A stretch of 64,000 nucleotides of DNA from Candidatus Thorarchaeota archaeon (GTDB lineage: Archaea; Asgardarchaeota; Thorarchaeia; Thorarchaeales; Thorarchaeaceae), in NCBI GenBank assembly GCA_046482545.1, contig JAWOEX010000028.1:64001-128000 (forward strand), written 5' to 3'. Numbering within the stretch: the first letter of the stretch is position 1; each line of letters begins with the position of its first letter. The position numbers were made by a program, and so were the translations under genes. Shown here piece by piece: positions 18,841 through 27,111 of the stretch. The notes beneath the pieces are model-generated. The model saw only the letters and a list, made by a program, of their open reading frames with translations. It was not told the DNA's origin and ran no database searches.

Positions 18841-19623
18841 ATGAACAGCCATATTATAATAATCATGGCAATCGGAATAATCGGCGGCTCAGGATTTTAT
18901 GAGTGGTTTGAAGGATCTACAGAGAAGAAGGAGACTCCTTTCGGTCTTAGCTCACCAATAACTATGGTTGACAGGAAGGAGGTGCCAGTATATTTTCTCG
19001 CACGGCATGGTCCCGAACATGGTCTTCCTCCGCATCTCGTGAATTATAGAGCCAACATCTATGCATTACGAGAAGTAAGTGTTACTCACATCATTGCAAC
19101 AAATGCCGTGGGAAGCTGCAAACAGGCAATAAAGCCGGGGGATTTCATGGTTCCAAATCAGCTTATAGACCTGACCACTGGAAGGCAGTCCACCTTCTTT
19201 GAAGGTAGCCGACAGAAAGATGTGCCAGAAGAATTCATGAAAGTCAAACATACCGATGTCAGCTTCCCTTACAAGGGAGATGTCCGAGATGTCATAATCG
19301 AAGTTCTCTCTGACGGGGATATTGATTTCCATGATAATGGGACATATGTGACTACAAATGGCCCCCGATTTGAAACAGCCGCTGAGATCCAAATGGCTAA
19401 ACTGTTTGGCGGCGATATTGTGGGCATGACAAGCGCCCCTGAAGCATTTCTCGCCCGTGAGCTTGAGATTGATTATGCTACAGTTTGTTTGATAACTAAC
19501 TATGCAGCCGGCATGCAGGACACAATCTCACATCAGGAAGTCATCAAGCTATTTGATTCGCGCACAGAGGATCTCAAGCGAATCATTAAGAGGTGCTTGA
19601 GCCGCTTAGATGAGAAGATTTAG
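18841..19623 (+). CDS. mtnP: S-methyl-5'-thioadenosine/thioinosine phosphorylase (MTAP family)
   Basis: IGIIGGSG, ARHG-x2-H-x2-PPH-x-VNYRANI, GPRFETAAE, VGMT-x2-PE, ITNYAAG. Confidence 0.92.
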   Translation: MNSHIIIIMAIGIIGGSGFYEWFEGSTEKKETPFGLSSPITMVDRKEVPVYFLARHGPEHGLPPHLVNYRANIYALREVSVTHIIATNAVGSCKQAIKPGDFMVPNQLIDLTTGRQSTFFEGSRQKDVPEEFMKVKHTDVSFPYKGDVRDVIIEVLSDGDIDFHDNGTYVTTNGPRFETAAEIQMAKLFGGDIVGMTSAPEAFLARELEIDYATVCLITNYAAGMQDTISHQEVIKLFDSRTEDLKRIIKRCLSRLDEKI

Positions 19624-21230
19624 CTATTCAGCTTCCCTTCTACTAGTTCTCTTGCGGCCGATATGATTTTCATCGCACCCTTCTCATTAAGGCCTTCAAC
19701 CTTCTGAGCTAACCGGTCAGCTCGTTCACCTGCAAGTTGTGCCGCTGACTCATACCCTTCTCTCTTGAGCCTATGCTCCATCTTCTCTCCCACACCGTGA
19801 ACCCTCCGCAAGGGCAATATCTTGGCTACTTTGCCGCCTAGCATATCTTCTAGGTCAGCATCAGAAACATCCGATGCTGCATCAATTATGTCCAATTGTT
19901 GTCGGATGGATTCAAAGTCTCTATCGTCAAGGTAGTTATCAACAGCCTCCTCAACCCTTTCTTCATCAAATCTGAGTTCCAAATCTTCCATCTCAATTTC
20001 TCTGGAAACTACATCTGGTACCCGCCCCATGAAATACAGCGATATGAACGCTAGGAGAATGGAAGTCTGCTCAGCTATTCTACTCGTAGCTTGGGACGGA
20101 GCAAATTCAATCGCCCCAATTTCAAGAAACCAGAAGAGTATTGCATAACCAAGATAAAGCATCCACACAGCAGCTAATCGTCTGGCTTTGGTTTTTGGAG
20201 AACCCACCTCGCCCCATATCAAGAGAAGTGTGCTTCCCATCAGGAGGCCTTCAACTAACCTCTCAAAAATCAATAATGGCAAGGCAAAGATGTAGAAGCT
20301 TTCTGCTACCCCTACTATATTGTACCCATAGAAGGCAGGACCAAATATTGTGAGTAATCCCATTCCCAATATTCCTGCGCGCAACGCCTCTTTTCGGTCG
20401 AGCAAATCCGCAATGAATCCGCCTATCAAAACTCCGGTTGCCAAAACAATGAAATCCAGACCTTCAATACCCGACAAGAAGACAAGCGAGTGATTATGAG
20501 ATAATGGCTCCATTGCTTGTGCCAATGTAGCTTTCGTAGCCGCGTACCACAGGAAATGAGCCGCCATGACGAATGCGAGCGGAACCAAATAACGGCTGGC
20601 CTTTCCCCGGACTGCAAGAGCCACCTGATCAAAATTCCATGGCCGAAAGCTCACAGAGACGAATAATGAAACCAGACATACTATCTCTGCAATTGGAGTG
20701 GTACTTGAACCGCCAACATAAGGCGACAGACTGAAGAATAGAAAAACACTATAAAAAACAAAAGCCACCGAGATAAGAACACCTGCGATCCGCCCTCTGA
20801 ATCGTGCCACAACAGTCCTGTTTAGGAAAACAGCCCAACTCCCCACCATCAAAACTAGTCCGGAGAATGTCAGAATTACTGTTGCGAACTCAAGTACGGG
20901 GGAGTATTGGTTAGGAAAGCCAAGAATCCACCCCAGAGTTCCTGCAACAAGTGGAGCCAAACCACCAATAAAAATGACTGCATCGAGCCGCTGAACCCTA
21001 TCCAAAATGCTGGCCATTAGCAATAGAGAAAACAACATTGAGAAAAGACCAAGCGTTAGAAACTTCATATTCGCATATGCCGTCCAAGCAGGAGCCACAA
21101 GTAAATAAATTGAACTAAAATGAAGCAGAATATAGGATAATGAGGGAGTAGAGAGAAGGTAGAAAATTGCCTTTTTCCATGGGAATTCTCGATATTCCAG
21201 CAAGTTATTTCCTCGAAATCCGATTTGCAA
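19620..21230 (-). CDS. Polytopic (MFS-like) membrane protein with C-terminal helix-hairpin-helix domain
   Basis: About 12 TM segments incl. GGFIADLLDRK and RFRGRIAG; acidic linker; VHGVGEKMEHRL...KVEGLNEKGAMKII tandem HhH. Confidence 0.7.
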   Translation of the reverse strand: MQIGFRGNNLLEYREFPWKKAIFYLLSTPSLSYILLHFSSIYLLVAPAWTAYANMKFLTLGLFSMLFSLLLMASILDRVQRLDAVIFIGGLAPLVAGTLGWILGFPNQYSPVLEFATVILTFSGLVLMVGSWAVFLNRTVVARFRGRIAGVLISVAFVFYSVFLFFSLSPYVGGSSTTPIAEIVCLVSLFVSVSFRPWNFDQVALAVRGKASRYLVPLAFVMAAHFLWYAATKATLAQAMEPLSHNHSLVFLSGIEGLDFIVLATGVLIGGFIADLLDRKEALRAGILGMGLLTIFGPAFYGYNIVGVAESFYIFALPLLIFERLVEGLLMGSTLLLIWGEVGSPKTKARRLAAVWMLYLGYAILFWFLEIGAIEFAPSQATSRIAEQTSILLAFISLYFMGRVPDVVSREIEMEDLELRFDEERVEEAVDNYLDDRDFESIRQQLDIIDAASDVSDADLEDMLGGKVAKILPLRRVHGVGEKMEHRLKREGYESAAQLAGERADRLAQKVEGLNEKGAMKIISAARELVEGKLNS

Positions 21231-21286
21231 GTGAAATCTAATAAGGACATCTGGTTCGAGTTATTTTTCCCAAAGGCCAAATTGCT

Positions 21287-22249
21287 ATGCCCGCAGGATA
21301 TAATTTTAATGCGAATCTTAGTCTCGTTTGGTTGGGTATTAGTTTGCAAAGAAGTCTGGGTGCGCAGGAATTCATGGTTATTGCTCCGGGAGGTGCTCCT
21401 GTATTCCATCATTCGAACAGAAATATAAAACGTCTTGATGAGCTACTTTCGGGCTTTCTTTCTGCAATCACTGCCTTCGCTAATGAATTTGGGGAGCGAT
21501 CAGTTCAGAGTCTCTCCTTCGAAGGCTCAGAGCTGCTCTATGAACATGGTAAAAATGGTCTAATATTCGTTCTTCTCATTGATGCTGATGCTTCAGAGAC
21601 GGTTCTCAGAGCAGTCCTCAAGGAGCTGAGTAAGAGATTCCAGAACAGATTCTCATCAGAAATCGGAATGGAAATCCCCATAGCTGACACATATGAGGGG
21701 TTCGATGAAGAAGTCAATGCAGTAGTGCAGAAGTATCGGAACGTTCTGAAGAAAGCCTCTCAACTCAATGGTTTTGTAGTACCACAGTTAAAGACCGAAC
21801 AGGATGAATCCGTTTTACATTCTGACATTCTGGATGAACTCCATCGCGATTATGGTAACTTGGGTGTTCGTGTCTTAGAGTCTATTGACGGAAATACCTG
21901 TATTCACGAAATCAAAGAGCAAACCGGTTTGGAGGAGAGCGACATCTTGGAAATCATAGAGCACCTAATCATCTCAGGAGCCATAGAAATCAAGTTATTA
22001 TGTCCATCTCTTCTAAAGGCCGATTCTCGTTTTGAAACTTATCTTGATCTTATCGGCTTGCCGCAGAAGGATTACCAAATTCTACAACGAGCAAGAATCC
22101 TCTGTGATGGACAGCATCCGCTTACAGAAATTAGTGAAAAAATTGATGTATCACCGGAACGTCTTTTCGACGTATTGTCTAAGATGGGGGACACGGATGT
22201 AGAGTGGTTGAAACAAGACCCAAGAGACGTTCAAAAAACGAACTATTAA
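21287..22249 (+). CDS. Longin-domain + tandem winged-helix protein (NPRL2/3-like architecture); true start probably near 21344
   Basis: N-terminal MVIAPGGAPVFH...LLSGFLSAI-x2-FA longin pattern; VVP...VLESIDG-x3-I-x2-I...IIEHLIISGAI winged helix. Confidence 0.7.
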   Translation: MPAGYNFNANLSLVWLGISLQRSLGAQEFMVIAPGGAPVFHHSNRNIKRLDELLSGFLSAITAFANEFGERSVQSLSFEGSELLYEHGKNGLIFVLLIDADASETVLRAVLKELSKRFQNRFSSEIGMEIPIADTYEGFDEEVNAVVQKYRNVLKKASQLNGFVVPQLKTEQDESVLHSDILDELHRDYGNLGVRVLESIDGNTCIHEIKEQTGLEESDILEIIEHLIISGAIEIKLLCPSLLKADSRFETYLDLIGLPQKDYQILQRARILCDGQHPLTEISEKIDVSPERLFDVLSKMGDTDVEWLKQDPRDVQKTNY

Positions 22250-22343
22250 GAGACTCAGAATGCAACAAGAGAGAAAAGCAATGTGTGGCTGAGTTATAAG
22301 TAAAAAGAAATATACCCATATGAAATCCCATAGGTGAAAGAGT

Positions 22344-23627
22344 GTGCCCCTTGAAATCATAGTTCTTCGAGATAGTGGTATTCCTCTCTTTCACTACGGC
22401 GCAGCTGGCTCAAAAAGACTTAATGAATTAGTAGCCGCCTTCTTATCTTCAGTTGGACATGTGGTTGAAAGATTCAGCAAAGAAGGAATTCGTGAAATAC
22501 GGTTTGAAGAAAGCAAGTTTGTATGGAAAAGAAAAGGAGACCTGTTTTTCATTGCCTTTGTGTCAGCACAAGATAGTAGTCAGGTTTATGATGTAATTCT
22601 GAATCAACTTGCAGATAGATTCGTTAGCAAATTCTATGAGACTCTATTGGAGAAAGAAGATGAGTCTTCCGAGTATGAGGGTTTTGCAGAAACCATAGAA
22701 GGGCTTCTGCGAAGATTTGATGGAGTTCCAGGAATGGCAAGAAGATACAAAACCTATCTTCTGCCGCTTGAGGACATGCACAGGATAAAGACTAGCCTTC
22801 GAAAGATAGAATCAACATCAGGGGTTGAAAGGGGAGCTTATCTTGTTGATGATGGATACATCATCGTCTCGAATCTGCGCACATATGAGCTAGAAGCAAC
22901 GCTAGATATGATATCAAACGGTGAGATTTCCTCTGAGAAATACCAAAGACCTGACTTCGTGGAACATCCCGCTCTCGATCAATCCAATCGCCTGCTCTTC
23001 CATGCAACGTCGAATGGTATCCTTCTGGTACTAGTTGTTGACTCCAAGGAAAGCCCTAGTGTGAGATTGAATTCGTTGAAGCGGTTAGAAAATAGAATTA
23101 TCGGGATTGATCCTGATACAGGAACGAAAATCGAACCACAAACAGAGAGAGAGCCTTTGGAATTTGAGGAGCACAAGATGCTTGTTCCACTGGTATCTGT
23201 CAATACAGAGCAGAAACATGACACGCCTTTGCTTGTTGAAGTACCCGAACACATGAAACACTTGGTTCTTCGAGTACTCCAAATTGCTGATAAAGGTCTG
23301 ACCATTGCTGAGATTCGAGAGGAGGCAGGAATGATGCGGAAAGAGATAGATGAGGTCTTGGCTCAAATAGTGGGCAGAGGCTTGGCCAGACTGTCTGAAG
23401 CTTATCCGTTTCTTACAATGGAAGATTCTCGATTCAAAGCTTATCTGGATATCGTCGGTATTCCTAAAAGGGACCAAAGAGTCCTAAACACAATTTGGCA
23501 TCACTTGGATGGAGACCACTCCATCAGGGATATAGCAGAAAAGACCACAGAATCACCCTCAAAGATTGTGAGTGTTTTACGCGCGCTCGGAAAAGTTGTA
23601 GAATGGCGAACAAGGAGAGCTGCTTGA
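22344..23627 (+). CDS. Longin + roadblock/LC7-like + tandem winged-helix protein, paralogue of the upstream gene
   Basis: IIVLRDSGIPLFHY...LVAAFLSSV; central LRKIESTSGVERGAYLVDDGYIIVSNL roadblock signature; shared DSRF-x2-YLD-x2-G-x-P...DG-x-H...VEW C-terminus. Confidence 0.7.
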   Translation: MPLEIIVLRDSGIPLFHYGAAGSKRLNELVAAFLSSVGHVVERFSKEGIREIRFEESKFVWKRKGDLFFIAFVSAQDSSQVYDVILNQLADRFVSKFYETLLEKEDESSEYEGFAETIEGLLRRFDGVPGMARRYKTYLLPLEDMHRIKTSLRKIESTSGVERGAYLVDDGYIIVSNLRTYELEATLDMISNGEISSEKYQRPDFVEHPALDQSNRLLFHATSNGILLVLVVDSKESPSVRLNSLKRLENRIIGIDPDTGTKIEPQTEREPLEFEEHKMLVPLVSVNTEQKHDTPLLVEVPEHMKHLVLRVLQIADKGLTIAEIREEAGMMRKEIDEVLAQIVGRGLARLSEAYPFLTMEDSRFKAYLDIVGIPKRDQRVLNTIWHHLDGDHSIRDIAEKTTESPSKIVSVLRALGKVVEWRTRRAA

Positions 23628-23628
23628 A

Positions 23629-24390
23629 ATGGCTGGGAAAATAGTTGCAGTTCATAGCTTTCGAGGCGGCACAGGCAAATCAAATATTTCAGCTAACCTT
23701 GCTGCTGTGGCCGCTCTCGGAGGGAAAAGAGTAGCTGTAATGGATACAGACGTTGCTTCCCCTGGAATCCATATTATATTCGGACTGGGGCGACAAAAAA
23801 TCCAGTATACCCTGAACGACTATTTGCGAGGAACATGTGATATTACAGACGCATGCATCGACATGACGGAGAGACTGGGTATAAAAGATGGGCGACTATT
23901 CCTGATACCAAGCTCGATGAGCGCTAGTGATATCACAAGAATACTCAGAGAAGGCTACGAGGTGGGCGACCTTCGAAATGGATTTAGCGAGATCATGAGC
24001 GCAAAGGACCTCGATTACCTCATAATTGACACTCATCCAGGATTGGACAGGGAAACTCTACTATCGATGGCAACAGCTGATGTTCTGTTCGTAGTCGCGA
24101 GAATCGATGAACAGGACTTGCTGGGTACTGCAGCTACTCTATCAGTTGCACGACGTTTAAAAGTACCTAGGATTTGGCTCATTATCAATAAGAAGCCCCG
24201 CATCTACGAAAACGAAGCCATCATCAAAGAGGTCGAAAATAAATTCAGAACCAAAGTTGCATCAATAATACCGATTGTTCCCATCTTGATAGAGGCTGGA
24301 AGCAGATACGTAGTGGCTCTCAAGCATCCTGATAACGTTTTCACGAAGGGGATGAACACCCTTTATCAGCTTCTGGAGAATGAAAAATAG
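23629..24390 (+). CDS. MinD/ParA family ATPase
   Basis: HSFRGGTGKSN deviant Walker A, VMDTD, IIDTHPG, IINK; 1 bp after the upstream stop. Confidence 0.9.
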   Translation: MAGKIVAVHSFRGGTGKSNISANLAAVAALGGKRVAVMDTDVASPGIHIIFGLGRQKIQYTLNDYLRGTCDITDACIDMTERLGIKDGRLFLIPSSMSASDITRILREGYEVGDLRNGFSEIMSAKDLDYLIIDTHPGLDRETLLSMATADVLFVVARIDEQDLLGTAATLSVARRLKVPRIWLIINKKPRIYENEAIIKEVENKFRTKVASIIPIVPILIEAGSRYVVALKHPDNVFTKGMNTLYQLLENEK

Positions 24391-24442
24391 TTATATTGCA
24401 GAATAATGATAGCCCTTTCTATAGAACTACGTGAGACAGTGA

Positions 24443-24886
24443 ATGATGAATGTCAGCGTACGTATGGCCGATGCGACAGACCGCGAGGAGCTGAAGGACT
24501 TCTATTCCAGAGAAGGGCAGAATTTCGAAGAAATCATGGGCCAAAGGGGTGCTTTTTCTCATTCTGAGACAATGTATATTGTGGCTGAGATGCAGGGCAT
24601 GATAGTCGCGGCACTCAGACTGAGCATAGGAAAGAAACCGGGTGTCGGAAAGGTGGGCATCATCCAGCACTTTGAGGTCGAAGATGAGCTGGAGCAGACA
24701 GAGCTCGGCCCCAGTATGCTGGAAGAAGCTGTACGGATAGCGAAGGAGAAGGGTCTCCGAGCACTTGATGCAACCGTTCGCGACGAGCGATCAGACGTTA
24801 TTCACCTGTACAAACAAGCAGAGTTTGAGGTTGAGCACAAAGAAACCTACCTGAGACGGAAGTTCAGAAAGCGCTTTTTCACTTAG
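24443..24886 (+). CDS. GNAT family N-acetyltransferase
   Basis: VRMA...D; FEV-x7-LG-x2-ML; HLYKQAEF motif B. Confidence 0.75.
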   Translation: MMNVSVRMADATDREELKDFYSREGQNFEEIMGQRGAFSHSETMYIVAEMQGMIVAALRLSIGKKPGVGKVGIIQHFEVEDELEQTELGPSMLEEAVRIAKEKGLRALDATVRDERSDVIHLYKQAEFEVEHKETYLRRKFRKRFFT

Positions 24887-24934
24887 TCAGAATCCCATTG
24901 TACTGAAACAGGATTAGGGTCCCAACCAGCATAG

Positions 24935-26764
24935 TCATTGTTCAACTATACCGGCTAGGCCCAGCTTCTCAATTGTCTCCTTCGTTGGTATTCCGTTGTT
25001 GTTCCAAGCCCTGAGCTCGTAGAAACGATCAAGTGATTTCTCAAAATCTTCCTTCGAAATGAAGGATTTCATTCCCTCTCGGGGACCTTGTGTCTCAGGC
25101 TCCCATAATCGGGGAGGCAGCTTGTCATCTTTGCGGGAAATGCCTTCTCGTACGTTGAAAAGCCGACTGAGAGTGGCTACTCGATGAGCAAAGTCAAATA
25201 CTGCCGCTTCATCATATTCCAATCCCGAAGCAGCATTCAACATGTCAATTTTCTGTTCCAGTGTTATATGGAGACGGTATGTGAAATGGCACACTTCAAG
25301 CGAATCGGTAAGCACTTTTTCATCTCTCGCCTTGACCATCGATTGAACAGTCGGAACAGCAGGTTCATTGGGTGCTTCTGCAGTATCTGGCCACCCCCGC
25401 AGATGGCTCGCACCAACATCCGCAGTTGCATATGACACACCCATTCCCCTTCTTCCGCGTGGATCCCAAGCAGGAATCTCAAGGCCCTTCACATGAACGG
25501 CAATTTTCTCAGCTTCAGAACCAATCTCTTCTGCGGCTCTTTTGACGCCCTTTGCTAGAAGGTCACCTATTCCCTCGCGAGCCGCAATCATCTTAGCAAG
25601 CTTCAGTGCAGCATCGCCATCGCCAAACTCAAGGGGGAACCCAATATCATCTTCACTCAGTATTCCTTGTTCATAGGCCTCAATTGCGAACCCTATCTGA
25701 GTGCCCGTACTAATAGTATCTAGCCCAGAATCATCACAGATGTAATTTAATTTGAATACGAACTCGGGATTACTGATTCCAAGATTCCCTCCCATGAGAC
25801 CAAGTGTTTCGTATTCCACCATCGATTCCACTTCTTCTCCAGGATTGTAGGGATTCTCGGTTCTAAACGCGTGAGTACACCGCATAACACAGTGAGGACA
25901 TGAGTGGTGAGAACCTAGGCCATACTCTTCTTTCATTTTCTGGGCATCCAAGCCTTCCCAATCTTCGAAGTAGCCACTCTGCCAGTTACGTGTTGGATAC
26001 TGGCCGAGAGCATTGCTTACTTCGGGTAGGAAAGTCGTGCCATAATTCTTGAAGGCCTCTTCATGCCCCTCTTCATTCCAGTCAGAGATGAGTTCTCGAT
26101 TGATTTTACGAATGGTGTCAACATCATGAGCCTCAATTCTATTCGTACCGTACGCGACAAAGGCCTTCAGATTTTTTGAGCCCATGACAGCTCCCGTGCC
26201 GCCGCGTCCTGTTTGGTGTGCAATCTCACAACAACCTGCAGCGGCTGAATTTAGATTTGCACCACTAGGACCAATAGAATAAACACAAGACCCTTGTGTG
26301 GTTTCTTCGTGAAGCTTCCTAGTAGATTCGTAGATTCCTTTGTTCCAGATATCCATAGCGTCCCGGAACTGGAGTTCGCCGTCATTCAAATACAGATACA
26401 CTGGTTCCTCAGACTTCCCATGAACACCAACGGCGTCGTACCCTGCTTTCTTCAGTTCTCGCCCTAATGCGCCTCCACAATGGCTATCAAGATACAAGCC
26501 AGTCAATGGAGATTTCGTCATTAGGGTCCATCGTCCTACATTCGGAGCCGGAAGGCCCTGTAAGGGTCCACTTAAGAAAAGAAGAACATTCGCGGCGTCC
26601 AATGGATCAATGCTTTCATCAAGTTCTCTATAAAGCAGATACGTACCTAGACCTTTTCCACCCACAAATTTCTCATATATATGAGTATCAACCTTCTCTT
26701 CTGTTATACTCCGAGAGGTTAAATCAATCCACAGCAGCTGCTTATTCCAACACTCATGCGTCAT
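24935..26764 (-). CDS. aor: Tungsten-containing aldehyde:ferredoxin oxidoreductase family protein
   Basis: KSPLTG-x3-DSHCGG, GRGG-x-GAVMGSKNLKA, CPHC-x3-C, EYET, CD-x2-GLDTIS, VKGLE-x-P-x2-DPRG. Confidence 0.93.
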   Translation of the reverse strand: MTHECWNKQLLWIDLTSRSITEEKVDTHIYEKFVGGKGLGTYLLYRELDESIDPLDAANVLLFLSGPLQGLPAPNVGRWTLMTKSPLTGLYLDSHCGGALGRELKKAGYDAVGVHGKSEEPVYLYLNDGELQFRDAMDIWNKGIYESTRKLHEETTQGSCVYSIGPSGANLNSAAAGCCEIAHQTGRGGTGAVMGSKNLKAFVAYGTNRIEAHDVDTIRKINRELISDWNEEGHEEAFKNYGTTFLPEVSNALGQYPTRNWQSGYFEDWEGLDAQKMKEEYGLGSHHSCPHCVMRCTHAFRTENPYNPGEEVESMVEYETLGLMGGNLGISNPEFVFKLNYICDDSGLDTISTGTQIGFAIEAYEQGILSEDDIGFPLEFGDGDAALKLAKMIAAREGIGDLLAKGVKRAAEEIGSEAEKIAVHVKGLEIPAWDPRGRRGMGVSYATADVGASHLRGWPDTAEAPNEPAVPTVQSMVKARDEKVLTDSLEVCHFTYRLHITLEQKIDMLNAASGLEYDEAAVFDFAHRVATLSRLFNVREGISRKDDKLPPRLWEPETQGPREGMKSFISKEDFEKSLDRFYELRAWNNNGIPTKETIEKLGLAGIVEQ

Positions 26765-27111
26765 TGCTTGGCCTCTGTTAGGCGTTTTACTCTCCAGATA
26801 TCTCTATCCTCGTGATTTCTTCAATTTCAACATTCTTTAGATGTGACACCACAGCCAAGTTAACATCATGAATTACATTCCGGACAAATGCATTCATTGG
26901 AATCTTTTCGCCGTTAATATAGAGGGACATTTTTGTCATACAAAATACACCAGGTTATCATCTATTCAGAGGGGTTTTTCTACATAACGGTCCCTGATGA
27001 AAAAAGGGTAACATTCAAGTAATGACCGTTAATTGGAGCTTGTTACAAGCGTACTCCGATATGCATTTATAACCCGCAGGGACGAAAACCCTTAGTGGGC
27101 GACCAACCAAA

